32,000 bases of DNA from Pyrobaculum calidifontis JCM 11548 (GCF_000015805.1 NC_009073.1:330001-362000); one strand, 5' to 3'. Positions 17,317-26,037 are shown, numbered from the stretch's first letter. Notes: generated from the letters alone by a model not told the origin. Translations and numbers: made by a program.

Positions 17317-18423
17317 GTGGAAGAGCTCGCCGCAAAGGTGGCCAACGTGCGGAAGACACTCAACTCTCTCTTCTACAAATTCTCCGACGAGATAAACGGG
17401 AGTCTAACAGCCGTGCTAGTGAGAGAAAACTTCATCCTGGTGGGCCCCCCGGGGACTGCCAAGACTATGCTCGTCGCCTCTATTGCAAAGCTTCTGAAAG
17501 CCAAGTGGTTCTACCGCCTGTTGACCAAGTTCACAGAGATTGAGGAGGTCATCGGCCCCATTGACGTGGTGGAGCTGTTGAAGGGCAACGTGAAGAGGAT
17601 ATACGCCAACTCCATCGTCGAGGCGGACTTCGCGCTATTGGACGAGATCTTCAACGCGTCCAGCGCCATTTTGAACACCATGCTCACGATACTCAACGAG
17701 AGAGTGATATACGACGGGGGGAGCATAATTCCAGTCAAGACGTGGACCGTCTTCGGCGCCACCAACCGAGTGCCAGATGAAGAGGAGCTACAGGCCCTGT
17801 ACGACCGCTTCCCCCTGCGCGTTTTCACAAAATATGCACAGCCCGAGGAGACGGAGGAGCTTATGAAGACTGGGCTGAGGCTGAAGCGGGAGTTCGACAA
17901 ACTGGCGCCCATCATGTCCATGGACGAGGTGAAGAAGGTGAACGAGTATCTGCAGAACTACGTCTACGAGAACATGGACGCCTTGGTAAAACACGTAGCC
18001 CCAATAGTGGCCTCCTACCTAGACCATGTAGTCATTTCAAACCGCACAAGGGTCAAGGTGCCCCTATACGTGGTGTCCTACCTCACAGTGATGGGGCTGA
18101 GGCCCTCCGACTTAGATGCGGCCACCATTAGAGCCGGCACCCTCAAGGTGTTGAAGTACTTGGTCAAAGACAAGGAGGACATCGCCGAGTACGAGAGCTT
18201 CATTGCTACACATCTCCCAGGCGGACTCTCCGTGTTGTACGACCTAGTCAACGAGATCAAGGCGCTGGTAGCCAACAACGCCCTGTCTATCGCAAGGGAG
18301 AAGCTTAGAGAGGCATACGAGATCTTAGAAAAGTCGGTGGCAGACCCGGTCACATACCGCTTCTTCCAAGCCGAGATAGACGAGGTCAAGTCCACTCTAG
18401 ACATGTTGAAGAGCCAGCTGTAG
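17317..18423 (+). CDS. MoxR-family AAA+ ATPase, RavA-like
   Basis: Walker A is ILVGPPGTAKTML. Walker B plus the downstream stretch ALLDEIFNASSAILNTMLTILNERV closely mirrors the E. coli RavA segment as I recall it. GATNRVPDEEELQALYDRF is also present. Confidence 0.8.
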   Translation: MEELAAKVANVRKTLNSLFYKFSDEINGSLTAVLVRENFILVGPPGTAKTMLVASIAKLLKAKWFYRLLTKFTEIEEVIGPIDVVELLKGNVKRIYANSIVEADFALLDEIFNASSAILNTMLTILNERVIYDGGSIIPVKTWTVFGATNRVPDEEELQALYDRFPLRVFTKYAQPEETEELMKTGLRLKREFDKLAPIMSMDEVKKVNEYLQNYVYENMDALVKHVAPIVASYLDHVVISNRTRVKVPLYVVSYLTVMGLRPSDLDAATIRAGTLKVLKYLVKDKEDIAEYESFIATHLPGGLSVLYDLVNEIKALVANNALSIAREKLREAYEILEKSVADPVTYRFFQAEIDEVKSTLDMLKSQL

Positions 18424-18426
18424 GCG

Positions 18427-19716
18427 ATGGGCTCTCTCATAAACGTAGACTACTCAGACGAGCTCACCAGGATGAGAGTGCACGAGATTGTGAAATACTT
18501 CCAACGCCTCGGCATCCCCATAAAGCTGTCGAAAATCCCCAACGACGCCATAGCGGACTCCTTCTACGTCCACTACAGAACCCCCATCTTGAAGGAGAAG
18601 GCGGAGAGAGGCGAGGAGCTCTGGCACTTCTTCCTAAGATCCTACATATCGGCGGACGTGTACCAAGACGTTGCCAAGATAAGCAGATACAACTACCAAG
18701 TCTCCAAGTCTGCTTCAGTTAAGCTCCTCCGCGCCTTCAACAGCCTCCTGTCGCGGGTAGAGAGAGGCGCCATAGAGGGAGTAGACGAGAAGAGCGACTA
18801 CAGAGAGCTGAGCCAAAACCAGCAACTTAGACAAGAGATAAACAGCCTCCTCCGCTTCTACCTAGGCAATATAAAGAACATAGAAAACCTCCGGAAGTCC
18901 CTCGCCAAGGCCCTAGGCGACGAAGTGGGAAAAGAGGCAGCCGAGCTCCTATTCGACATAGACATAGACCCCTACAGGGCGAGGCTGGCCAAGATACTGG
19001 AGGCCTTAGTGCAGTTGGTCTCGGAGGCCGGCATTGAGATGGAGCTAGGCCCCCTGGCCGAACGCCGCGGAGTCATCTCAGGAGTCACGAGGCTTAGGTC
19101 ATTCTCAGACCTCCAAAGGGCCACAAACTTGAGCAAGGCCATCTACCTACAGTCAAGGGAGCTCTTTGGCTACAAGCTGGCCACAAGATCTCTCTCAATC
19201 TACGACGTCTCAGTAGACGTGAGAGAAAAGATATACCTGTTGGTGGACAAGTCGGGCTCAATGTTCTACACCCTCTACGACGGCTTCGCCATGGACATGA
19301 CGCAGAAGATAACTTGGGCAACGGCCCTCGCAGTGGCGTTAATGAAGAGGAGTAGGAGGGTGGTGATGAGGTTCTTCGACCAGATAGTATACCCCCCCAT
19401 CACAAACACGCGCGAAGTTATAAAGGCCCTCCTCAAGGTGTTGCCGCTAGGCGGCACCGACATCTCCGCCGCGTTGTACACCGCTGTGCGAGACGCAAAG
19501 GCGTACGGCCTCCACAGCTACAAGCTAGTGCTTGTGACAGACGGCGAAGACGACATGATAAACCCAGAGGCGATAAGGGCGGCGAAGGCCGCCTTTAGAG
19601 AGGTGAAGGCGATACTAGTGGGAGGCTCCAACGAGGTGATCGAGGCCCACCTCCCCGCTATAAAAATAAACATGGCTAACCCAGAGTCGTTGAGAGAAGT
19701 GCTAAAAAACATTTAA
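18427..19716 (+). CDS. von Willebrand factor A (VWA) domain protein, ViaA-like partner of the AAA+ ATPase
   Basis: The C-terminal VWA domain has the MIDAS motif LLVDKSGSM and the later LVLVTDGEDD. It begins 3 nt after the ATPase stop. The roughly 260-aa helical N-terminal region is unassigned. Confidence 0.8.
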   Translation: MGSLINVDYSDELTRMRVHEIVKYFQRLGIPIKLSKIPNDAIADSFYVHYRTPILKEKAERGEELWHFFLRSYISADVYQDVAKISRYNYQVSKSASVKLLRAFNSLLSRVERGAIEGVDEKSDYRELSQNQQLRQEINSLLRFYLGNIKNIENLRKSLAKALGDEVGKEAAELLFDIDIDPYRARLAKILEALVQLVSEAGIEMELGPLAERRGVISGVTRLRSFSDLQRATNLSKAIYLQSRELFGYKLATRSLSIYDVSVDVREKIYLLVDKSGSMFYTLYDGFAMDMTQKITWATALAVALMKRSRRVVMRFFDQIVYPPITNTREVIKALLKVLPLGGTDISAALYTAVRDAKAYGLHSYKLVLVTDGEDDMINPEAIRAAKAAFREVKAILVGGSNEVIEAHLPAIKINMANPESLREVLKNI

Positions 19717-19720
19717 TAAC
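19710..19720 (+). promoter_or_regulatory. TATA-like box (CATTTAATAAC) for the CBS gene
   Basis: It is centred about 25 nt upstream of ATG 19740 and overlaps the VWA stop. Confidence 0.4.
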
Positions 19721-19739
19721 ACACCACAACTATTGTACA

Positions 19740-20159
19740 ATGTACTGTGGCGATTTAGCCTCACGGCCCCCAGTCACGATAACCAGCGACGCAACTCTGT
19801 ACGAGGCCGCCGAAAAAATGGCACAACACAAAGTAGGCCTCCTAGTCGTGGTGGATAAGGCAAATCCGAAAAAGCCCATCGGCGTCGTATCCGAGAGAGA
19901 CGTCATAAGGGCCATCGCGGCCAAGATGCCGCTAGACACAACCGTGGACAAGGTGGGCACAATGCACAACTTCGTATTCGTATACGCAGACGACCCAATT
20001 ACAACAGCTGCACGTAAGATGAAAGAACGCAACGTGAGACACGTGGTAGTCTTAGACAAAAACGGGGAGCTATACGGCGTAATATCCATAAGAGACTTAA
20101 TTAAGGAGAGGGCAGTGCTAGAGATTTTGGCGCGCGACAGAGCCCCCACAAAAGAGTAA
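19740..20159 (+). CDS. CBS-domain pair protein
   Basis: There are two tandem CBS motifs (PVTITSDATLYEAAEKMAQHKVGLLVVVD...GVVSERDVIRA and FVYADDPITTAARKMKERNVRHVVVLDKNGELYGVISIRDLI). No other domain is present. Confidence 0.8.
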   Translation: MYCGDLASRPPVTITSDATLYEAAEKMAQHKVGLLVVVDKANPKKPIGVVSERDVIRAIAAKMPLDTTVDKVGTMHNFVFVYADDPITTAARKMKERNVRHVVVLDKNGELYGVISIRDLIKERAVLEILARDRAPTKE

Positions 20160-20160
20160 C

Positions 20161-20170
20161 CTTTTTTAAC
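20161..20170 (+). promoter_or_regulatory. TATA-like box (CTTTTTTAAC) for the DsbA-like gene; its T6 run may also terminate the CBS transcript
   Basis: It is centred about 24 nt upstream of ATG 20190 and starts 2 nt after the CBS stop. Confidence 0.4.
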
Positions 20171-20189
20171 ACCACTTAAGGCCCCCCAC

Positions 20190-21419
20190 ATGCAGAAAAT
20201 AGTAATAGGAATAGCCCTGGCGATAGTCGCGGCGATCGTGGCCGCGGCTTTAATCCTAACTCAGACGCCCCCTAAGTCGCCCACCCAGCCGTCAACTGGG
20301 CAGGGGGGCAAGGTATACGTCTACTCGGTGGAAATAACCGGAGGCCCAAGCATAGTAGCCTACTACATACCCACAGACGCGGGCCTTATCTACGGCGAGA
20401 AGGTAAATCTCACCTCTTACTACTTCATGTTCAAAAATGGGGTGATAAACATCTTGGCCAACACCCCCCAAGGCATTCAAAAGGTCACATACTACGAGAG
20501 GTTGCTAGAGGTGTGTAGAAACTCCACCACCATAGCCACTGTGGCTGGAGAGCGCATTACTCTGTCAAATAGCCAGTGCTCCCCGTCCACCTCGCCGCTT
20601 CCAACGGTAAAATCCTTAGACGAGTTGATCTTAGTAGTCCAAGGGTTACCCGGCCCCACTTCGCAGTCTCAGTGGGTAAAATCCGGCGTAGCGCAGACGC
20701 CCTTTGGCCAAGCCACAGTGTACACCAACATCACCCAAGTTCCAATCATGACAGGCCTAAACGCCGTTTTGAACTACGAGAAGCAAGTACTGCCAGACGG
20801 CACCATATACCTGCTCAAGGCTCAGTTGGCATATGGAAACCAAGTGGCGGCCACGTTGACATACACACTTAGGAATATAACGGCTATGGCTCCCGAGCTC
20901 AAGGCAATTGTCGACGAGCTCTCTAAGGACGTAGTGGCCAAAAACGGCGGCGGCCTCGACTTGCTTAAGGTGGCTGAGAAAATTGGAATGACCTTCGACG
21001 GGAGCTGGCCAGCCGCCATAGTCTTCTTCGACTTGCAGTGCCCATATTGCGCCCAGCTCTTTAAATACAACTACACTCTGTTCCAAGGCCACAAGCTCGT
21101 GTTAGTGGACTTGGTCGTTCACCCAGAGGCCCTTGAATCGCACCAAAGGCTTAGGTGCCTCTATCAGACAGCCCCAGACCAGGTAATACCGACGCTGAGA
21201 GTGTTGTACGACAGATTTCTCGCACGCGACGCCAATTACACCGATGTGTTGCCGAACCAAACCTGCCAAATAGACGTACAAGCAGGTATGCAACTAGCCC
21301 AGCTGTTGGCAGGACAGAACGTGGGCACGCCGATGGTGGTGGTTGTCTACCCCAACGGCACATATGCGTTGACTGTGGGCTACGACCCGGCCTCTATCGC
21401 CAAGGCGCTGAGGGGTTAG
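20190..21419 (+). CDS. exported thiol:disulfide oxidoreductase with a C-terminal DsbA/DsbG-like thioredoxin fold and an uncharacterised N-terminal ectodomain
   Basis: There is a signal anchor (IVIGIALAIVAAIVAAALIL). The C-terminal roughly 130 aa carry the active site FFDLQCPYCAQL (CPYC at 21039-21050) and a cis-Pro-type motif GTPMVVV. Confidence 0.65.
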   Translation: MQKIVIGIALAIVAAIVAAALILTQTPPKSPTQPSTGQGGKVYVYSVEITGGPSIVAYYIPTDAGLIYGEKVNLTSYYFMFKNGVINILANTPQGIQKVTYYERLLEVCRNSTTIATVAGERITLSNSQCSPSTSPLPTVKSLDELILVVQGLPGPTSQSQWVKSGVAQTPFGQATVYTNITQVPIMTGLNAVLNYEKQVLPDGTIYLLKAQLAYGNQVAATLTYTLRNITAMAPELKAIVDELSKDVVAKNGGGLDLLKVAEKIGMTFDGSWPAAIVFFDLQCPYCAQLFKYNYTLFQGHKLVLVDLVVHPEALESHQRLRCLYQTAPDQVIPTLRVLYDRFLARDANYTDVLPNQTCQIDVQAGMQLAQLLAGQNVGTPMVVVVYPNGTYALTVGYDPASIAKALRG

Positions 21420-22177
21420 CCGTACCTTTTTATAGCTCTAAAGTATATCACCGCAGCCAGTAGGGAGGGGATTAGCATGAACGCCGTGAGGGCGTACATT
21501 GTGGGGTCTCCCCTGCCTCTGGCGGCGTAGTTCCACAGGAGTATCGGCGCTGTGATAAAGTCGGGGCTTGTGGTAAAGGCTGTTTTTATGTAGGTGTCGA
21601 AGGAGTTGGCGAAGACTATTAGAAACACTGCCACAAGGGCCGGCGCCAGTATTGGCATAACCACGGAAAAGGCGGTGCGCGCCTCCGAGGCGCCGAGCGT
21701 TCTCGCGGCCTCCACTACGCTACGCGACACATATGCCACATACGGCGCAAGCATTACGTGAGCCATAGGGAGGGCGAAGGCCAAGTGGGCTAGGAAGACT
21801 CCCAAGGGGCCGTACAAGTCTATGCCCGTGGCCTGTTTTACCACGAAGAGCGCCGCGGCGAAGGCCAAGGCCTCAGACACCTCTGGCATCACTATGGCGC
21901 CTTGGGAGAGGACTATGTAGCCCCCGCCGCGTAGGGTGTAGGCCATGAAGACGCCGAGTAGCACAGAGGCGGCGGCCACGCCTAGCGCAATGACGACGCT
22001 GTTTAAAAGCGCCGTCCAAGCCTCTCTCCACGCGAATAGGGACTCGTACCACTTAAGCGTAAAGCCGCCCCACACGTAGGGGAGCTTGCTGGCATTGAAA
22101 GAGAGCGCCAAAATTACGGCGACAGGGGCGTACAGCGCCGCTATGAGGACCCAGGCGTAGAGGCGGAGAGCCCTCAT
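21416..22177 (-). CDS. ABC importer permease (PotC/CysW-type, binding-protein-dependent family)
   Basis: It has six TM segments and the EAA loop VVEAARTLGASEARTAFSVVMPILAP. It overlaps the upstream permease by 4 nt. Confidence 0.8.
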   Translation of the reverse strand: MRALRLYAWVLIAALYAPVAVILALSFNASKLPYVWGGFTLKWYESLFAWREAWTALLNSVVIALGVAAASVLLGVFMAYTLRGGGYIVLSQGAIVMPEVSEALAFAAALFVVKQATGIDLYGPLGVFLAHLAFALPMAHVMLAPYVAYVSRSVVEAARTLGASEARTAFSVVMPILAPALVAVFLIVFANSFDTYIKTAFTTSPDFITAPILLWNYAARGRGDPTMYALTAFMLIPSLLAAVIYFRAIKRYG

Positions 22178-22905
22178 ATGGAGAAGGGCCTAATGGCTTT
22201 TACAACTACGTAGGTGGCCAAGAGGGAGAGCCCCGAGAGGGCCAGGGAGAGAATGCTGCCGTTGTAAAAGTCTCTGGACTTGAAGTAGAGGTCCCAGATG
22301 TAGCTCCCAAAGGTGTATACCTTCCCAGCGCCCAGAACGGCTGGCATAATTACTTCGCCTAGGGCTAGGAGGAAGACTAACACAAAGGCCGCCACTACGC
22401 CTGGCATAGTGAGCGGTAGCTCCACTCTTAGAAATGCTTGAAGCCTAGAGGCGCCCAGCACCCGGGCCGCGTTTACGGGAGTCTCGCTGAGCTTCTCCAC
22501 AGCGGCGTAAATGGTCAAGAGGGAGTAGGGGAGGTACTCGTACACCATGCCCACGAGCACTCCCAGCGGCGACCCCCAGAGCCTTAGCCCAGTGAATTTT
22601 TCCACTATGGCGAAGAGCGTGAGGAGCGAATAGGCCTTGAGAAGCGTTCCAATCCACAGGGGGGCCACCAACAGGGCGAACTCCAGCTCTGTGCCCCTCT
22701 TGGCGAGGTAGTAGGCGGCGGGGTAGGCAAGGGCTATGGACACCACGGCGGTCGCAGCGGCTAGGAGAAACGTGGTAGTCAACATGGAGAGGGGAGGCGT
22801 CTTGAGCTCGCCCCCGCCCACTGCGTAGTAGCCGAGGGCTAGGAAGGGGAGGTAGAAGAGAAAAACGACGGCCGCGAGCCCCGCCAGGGCTACCTCCTTT
22901 ATCAT
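22174..22905 (-). CDS. ABC importer permease (PotB/CysT-type)
   Basis: It carries the EAA loop ETPVNAARVLGASRLQAFLRVELPLTMPG. ATG 22905 overlaps the ATPase stop (ATGA). The track extension to 23040 lies inside the ATPase gene. Confidence 0.8.
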   Translation of the reverse strand: MIKEVALAGLAAVVFLFYLPFLALGYYAVGGGELKTPPLSMLTTTFLLAAATAVVSIALAYPAAYYLAKRGTELEFALLVAPLWIGTLLKAYSLLTLFAIVEKFTGLRLWGSPLGVLVGMVYEYLPYSLLTIYAAVEKLSETPVNAARVLGASRLQAFLRVELPLTMPGVVAAFVLVFLLALGEVIMPAVLGAGKVYTFGSYIWDLYFKSRDFYNGSILSLALSGLSLLATYVVVKAIRPFSI

Positions 22906-23885
22906 TCCTCGAGGAGATACACGTCTTTTGCGTCCCACCCAAACTCCACGGTCTCTCCCACGGAGACGGGCGCGTCTAAGTCCACATATGCCTTGAAGAC
23001 GTAGCCGTCGGCCTGTATCTCCACTTTTTGGTAGTGCCACAGGAAGGTGACGTCTACCACCTGGCCCTTCAGCCTGTACGTTCCTCCTCCGAGCACCACG
23101 TCCTCGGGCCGTATCACGGCGTAGCCCTCTTTCGCGATGCCGAGGAGGCGGGCGGGCACTATGTTTGCCTCTCCGAAGAACTCTGCCACGAACTTGTTCC
23201 TCGGCCTCTTATACAACTCCACCGGCCTCCCCACCTGCACCACTTCGCCGTCTTTCATAAGGGCAACTCGGTCGCCTATCTCCACCGCCTCAAATCTGTC
23301 ATGTGTGACATAGATGAGCGTAAAGCCCAGCTTATTGTGCAAAATCTTCAACTCTTCCAAGAGCTTGTTTTTAACGTCGAGGTCCACGTGGCTAAATGGC
23401 TCGTCTAAGAGGAGCAACTCGGGCTCCACCACGAGGGCCCTCGCCAACGCCACCCTCTGCTGTTGCCCACCGGAGAGCTGGCTCACCCTCCTCTCCATAA
23501 AGACGTGGGGGTCTAAGTGGACGAGCTCTAGAGCCCACATCACCCGCCTCTTCACCTCCTCCTGTGGCACCCCCCTGACCCTTAGCCCAAACGCCACGTT
23601 TTCAAAGACGTTCAAGTGGGGGAAGAGGGCCAAGTCTTGGAAGAGCATGGAGATCTTCCTCTTCTCAGGCGGCTTATCAGTGACGTCTACTCCCCCTATG
23701 TACACTCTGCCCCCCGCCAGGGGGACCAGCCCTGCCACAGCCCTGAGTAGAGTGGACTTCCCACTCCCCGAGGGGCCCAACACGACGAGGCCCTCGCCGG
23801 CCTCTACATACAAATTTATATTCTTCAACGCGGAAAAACTGCCGTATTTGACGGAGACGTCTCTCAGCTCCACCGAGAGACCCAC
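22902..23885 (-). CDS. ABC importer ATP-binding protein (PotA/CysA/MalK-type with a C-terminal regulatory beta domain)
   Basis: Walker A is GPSGSGKST, the signature is LSGGQQQRVALARAL, Walker B is LLLDEPFSHVD and the H-loop is THD. I chose GTG 23885 as start from TATA spacing; GTG 23894 or TTG 23915 remain possible. Confidence 0.85.
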   Translation of the reverse strand: MGLSVELRDVSVKYGSFSALKNINLYVEAGEGLVVLGPSGSGKSTLLRAVAGLVPLAGGRVYIGGVDVTDKPPEKRKISMLFQDLALFPHLNVFENVAFGLRVRGVPQEEVKRRVMWALELVHLDPHVFMERRVSQLSGGQQQRVALARALVVEPELLLLDEPFSHVDLDVKNKLLEELKILHNKLGFTLIYVTHDRFEAVEIGDRVALMKDGEVVQVGRPVELYKRPRNKFVAEFFGEANIVPARLLGIAKEGYAVIRPEDVVLGGGTYRLKGQVVDVTFLWHYQKVEIQADGYVFKAYVDLDAPVSVGETVEFGWDAKDVYLLEE

Positions 23886-23903
23886 GAGGGTCACATGACC
23901 AGT

Positions 23904-23913
23904 GTTTATAAAC
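23904..23913. promoter_or_regulatory. perfectly palindromic TATA element GTTTATAAAC serving both divergent genes
   Basis: It is self-complementary. Its centre is 23.5 nt from GTG 23885 (minus strand) and 24.5 nt from ATG 23933 (plus strand). Confidence 0.5.
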
Positions 23914-23932
23914 AATGTAGAAGTGAAAACAT

Positions 23933-24508
23933 ATGACGCTTGGAAGAATACTGCTTGCCCTAGGCTCTCTACAATTTATTGTCGCAATGCTTGTGGCAGA
24001 ACAGCTCTACCCAGGCTACAACCCCTTGCACAACTACATCAGCGACTTGGGGGCCCTCAAGGCGCCGACTGCCCCACTATTTAATACAAGTGTAATACTG
24101 CTGGGCGTATTAGGCCTCTTGGCAGTTTTCCTCCTTAGGCGAGAACTAGGCCGTGCAGGCGCTTCGCTTCTTGGACTTGCGTCGCTCGGGGCCATGGGCG
24201 TTGGGTTCTTCCCCGAGGACTACGGCCTCCCCCACTCCATCTCTGCGCTTATTGCGTTTCTCTTCGGCGCACTGGCCGTGATAGTTATCGGCCTCAGACG
24301 CGGCGGCATCTTCAAGCCGCTGGGGATCACACTGGGAGCCATTTCGCTTATAGCCCTTGCCCTCTTCATCCCCCGGGTAAGCACTCCGCTGGGCATAGGC
24401 GGCATCGAGAGGCTAGTGGCCTACCCAGTACTTATATTCCTAGCAATATACGGCTTAAGTGGAAAAACGACTGGTAAAAGTAGTAGCGGCAATACCCAGC
24501 GGGCATAG
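23933..24508 (+). CDS. polytopic membrane protein, DUF998-like
   Basis: It has about 6 TM segments. The N-terminal stretch YPGYNPLHNYISDLGA resembles the DUF998 conserved motif as I recall it. Confidence 0.5.
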   Translation: MTLGRILLALGSLQFIVAMLVAEQLYPGYNPLHNYISDLGALKAPTAPLFNTSVILLGVLGLLAVFLLRRELGRAGASLLGLASLGAMGVGFFPEDYGLPHSISALIAFLFGALAVIVIGLRRGGIFKPLGITLGAISLIALALFIPRVSTPLGIGGIERLVAYPVLIFLAIYGLSGKTTGKSSSGNTQRA

Positions 24509-24773
24509 ACACTTAAGGCTAGTCCTCTTTTTTAACGACGGGGAGGTAGTTGTCCTTACAGAGGCGTTGGCGGCGGGGCTCGCCCGGGCCTATATAGACG
24601 TGGTGGCCCACCCCAGGCGGAGGGGGGTCGTGCTGTGCGTGGAGGAGGTGGAGGACAAGAAGCCTGGCTATGCCGCTGTCCAGCTTGTCGAATGTGGAGG
24701 TGAGGCCGAGGCTGTGGAAATGGTAGACTCCCTGTTAAAAGGCGGGGGTCTTGCAAAAGATAAGCCTGGCTGA
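24459..24773 (+). CDS. hypothetical protein (104 aa, GTG start)
   Basis: A TATA-like CTTATATTCC (24431-24440) lies about 24 nt upstream of GTG 24459. I recognise no motif. The ORF overlaps both neighbours (50 nt and 39 nt), so it is uncertain. Confidence 0.35.
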   Translation: MEKRLVKVVAAIPSGHRHLRLVLFFNDGEVVVLTEALAAGLARAYIDVVAHPRRRGVVLCVEEVEDKKPGYAAVQLVECGGEAEAVEMVDSLLKGGGLAKDKPG

Positions 24774-26024
24774 GGCCGCCCGCCTGACCTCCTCCGGGTT
24801 GGCGGACCCCTCTGTGGGCCTTTTAACCGCCTCCTCCGGCGACAATAGCTTCGCGCTTCCCCTCTTTATCTCCTCGGCTAGTTGGAAGTACGCCCTGCGG
24901 AAGGGGACTCCGCTTAGCGCAATGGCCTCCGCCGTGTCTGACGACGTGGCGTAGTACGTCTCGGCGTCGAGCCTGGCCTTCTCGCAGTTGAACTCCAGCC
25001 CCTCTACGAAGTCCCTCAGCACCTCCACGCCCTCCCCCGCAATTTTGAGGATTGCCCAGAGGTGCCGCGTGGCTTCTTGTAGATCTAAGCTGTAGCCGGC
25101 GCCTATTTTCGCCTGTACGGCGTACAGCGCGGTGAGGTGGCCCACGGCCTCCGATATACGCGCCCGGAGGACCTCCAACGTGACTAAGTTCCTCTTGTGA
25201 GGCATAATGCTACTGGTCGATACGTGGCTGTCCGGCGCCTTGACGTACCCAATAGCTGGGCTATTCCACCGTATAAAGTCGTCCACGTACCGGGACAGCT
25301 CCACTAGGAATGACACGACTATGGAGGCGGCGGCTGAGGCAAAGAAGCGGCTCCCAGAGGCGTACAACGCGTTGCCCACCACGTCTTCGAAGCCCAGGGC
25401 CTTGGCCAGCCGCCTTCTGTCAATAGGCGTCTTTACCCCGCCCGCGGGCCCCGCGCCCAGGGGAGACCTCTTGAGGAGGGGCTCGACCCCGGCGAGCGCC
25501 CTGGAGAACTCTTCCACCAATTCGTCTATGGAGAGGAGGTAGTGGCCGAAGGTAATGGCCTGGGCCGGCTGGAAGTGTGTAAAACTCGGCATGGCGCAAT
25601 CGGCGTACTGCAACGCCCTCTTGGCCAACGCGCACCGGAGAGCCGCGAGGCCCCTCTTAAGCTCGGCTAACTTCCGCAGAGCGGCTAGCCTAATGGCCGC
25701 TGCCACGTGGTCGTTGCGAGATCTGCCAAGCCCAAGCCACCCTCCGGCCTCTTCGCCCACTCTGTCTATTACCCACTTCTCCACGGCCTCGTGTATATCC
25801 TCAAAGCCGCCTTTGGCAAGGGCGTCGTAGTCTACTTCGTCAAGCGCCTTGGCGATTCTCTCGGCGGCCTCCCTTGGGATAACGCCGACTTCTGCCAAGT
25901 GTGCCACGTGGGTTTTTAAAATCTTTACCACCTCCTCGGCGATTTCCACGTCGTCGGCCATGCTAGACGTATAGCGCCTGACCAAATCCCCTCCTCCGCC
26001 TATCCAAGAACGGTAAAAAGCCAT
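24735..26024 (-). CDS. argH: argininosuccinate lyase
   Basis: It carries the fumarate-lyase signature STSSIMPHKRN and the ArgH-like N-terminus SWIGGGGDLVRRYTSS. ATG 26024 is preferred to the TTG at 26054. Confidence 0.9.
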   Translation of the reverse strand: MAFYRSWIGGGGDLVRRYTSSMADDVEIAEEVVKILKTHVAHLAEVGVIPREAAERIAKALDEVDYDALAKGGFEDIHEAVEKWVIDRVGEEAGGWLGLGRSRNDHVAAAIRLAALRKLAELKRGLAALRCALAKRALQYADCAMPSFTHFQPAQAITFGHYLLSIDELVEEFSRALAGVEPLLKRSPLGAGPAGGVKTPIDRRRLAKALGFEDVVGNALYASGSRFFASAAASIVVSFLVELSRYVDDFIRWNSPAIGYVKAPDSHVSTSSIMPHKRNLVTLEVLRARISEAVGHLTALYAVQAKIGAGYSLDLQEATRHLWAILKIAGEGVEVLRDFVEGLEFNCEKARLDAETYYATSSDTAEAIALSGVPFRRAYFQLAEEIKRGSAKLLSPEEAVKRPTEGSANPEEVRRAASARLIFCKTPAF

Positions 26025-26037
26025 GGATAAGAGTGGG

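Noticed and set aside
17190-17363. The N-terminal 58 codons of the track's 488-aa NurA ORF.
   Set aside because: The extension runs through the nurA TATA box and the divergent promoter and overlaps the AAA+ gene start. It translates to low-complexity sequence (SSSTSSTRLFLICFLSL).
22445-23040. ORF 22445-22942 (165 aa), and the 45-codon N-terminal extension of the permease.
   Set aside because: The first is an off-frame Arg/Pro/Gly-rich ORF inside the permease gene. The second lies inside the ATPase gene, whereas ATG 22905 gives the standard ATGA coupling.
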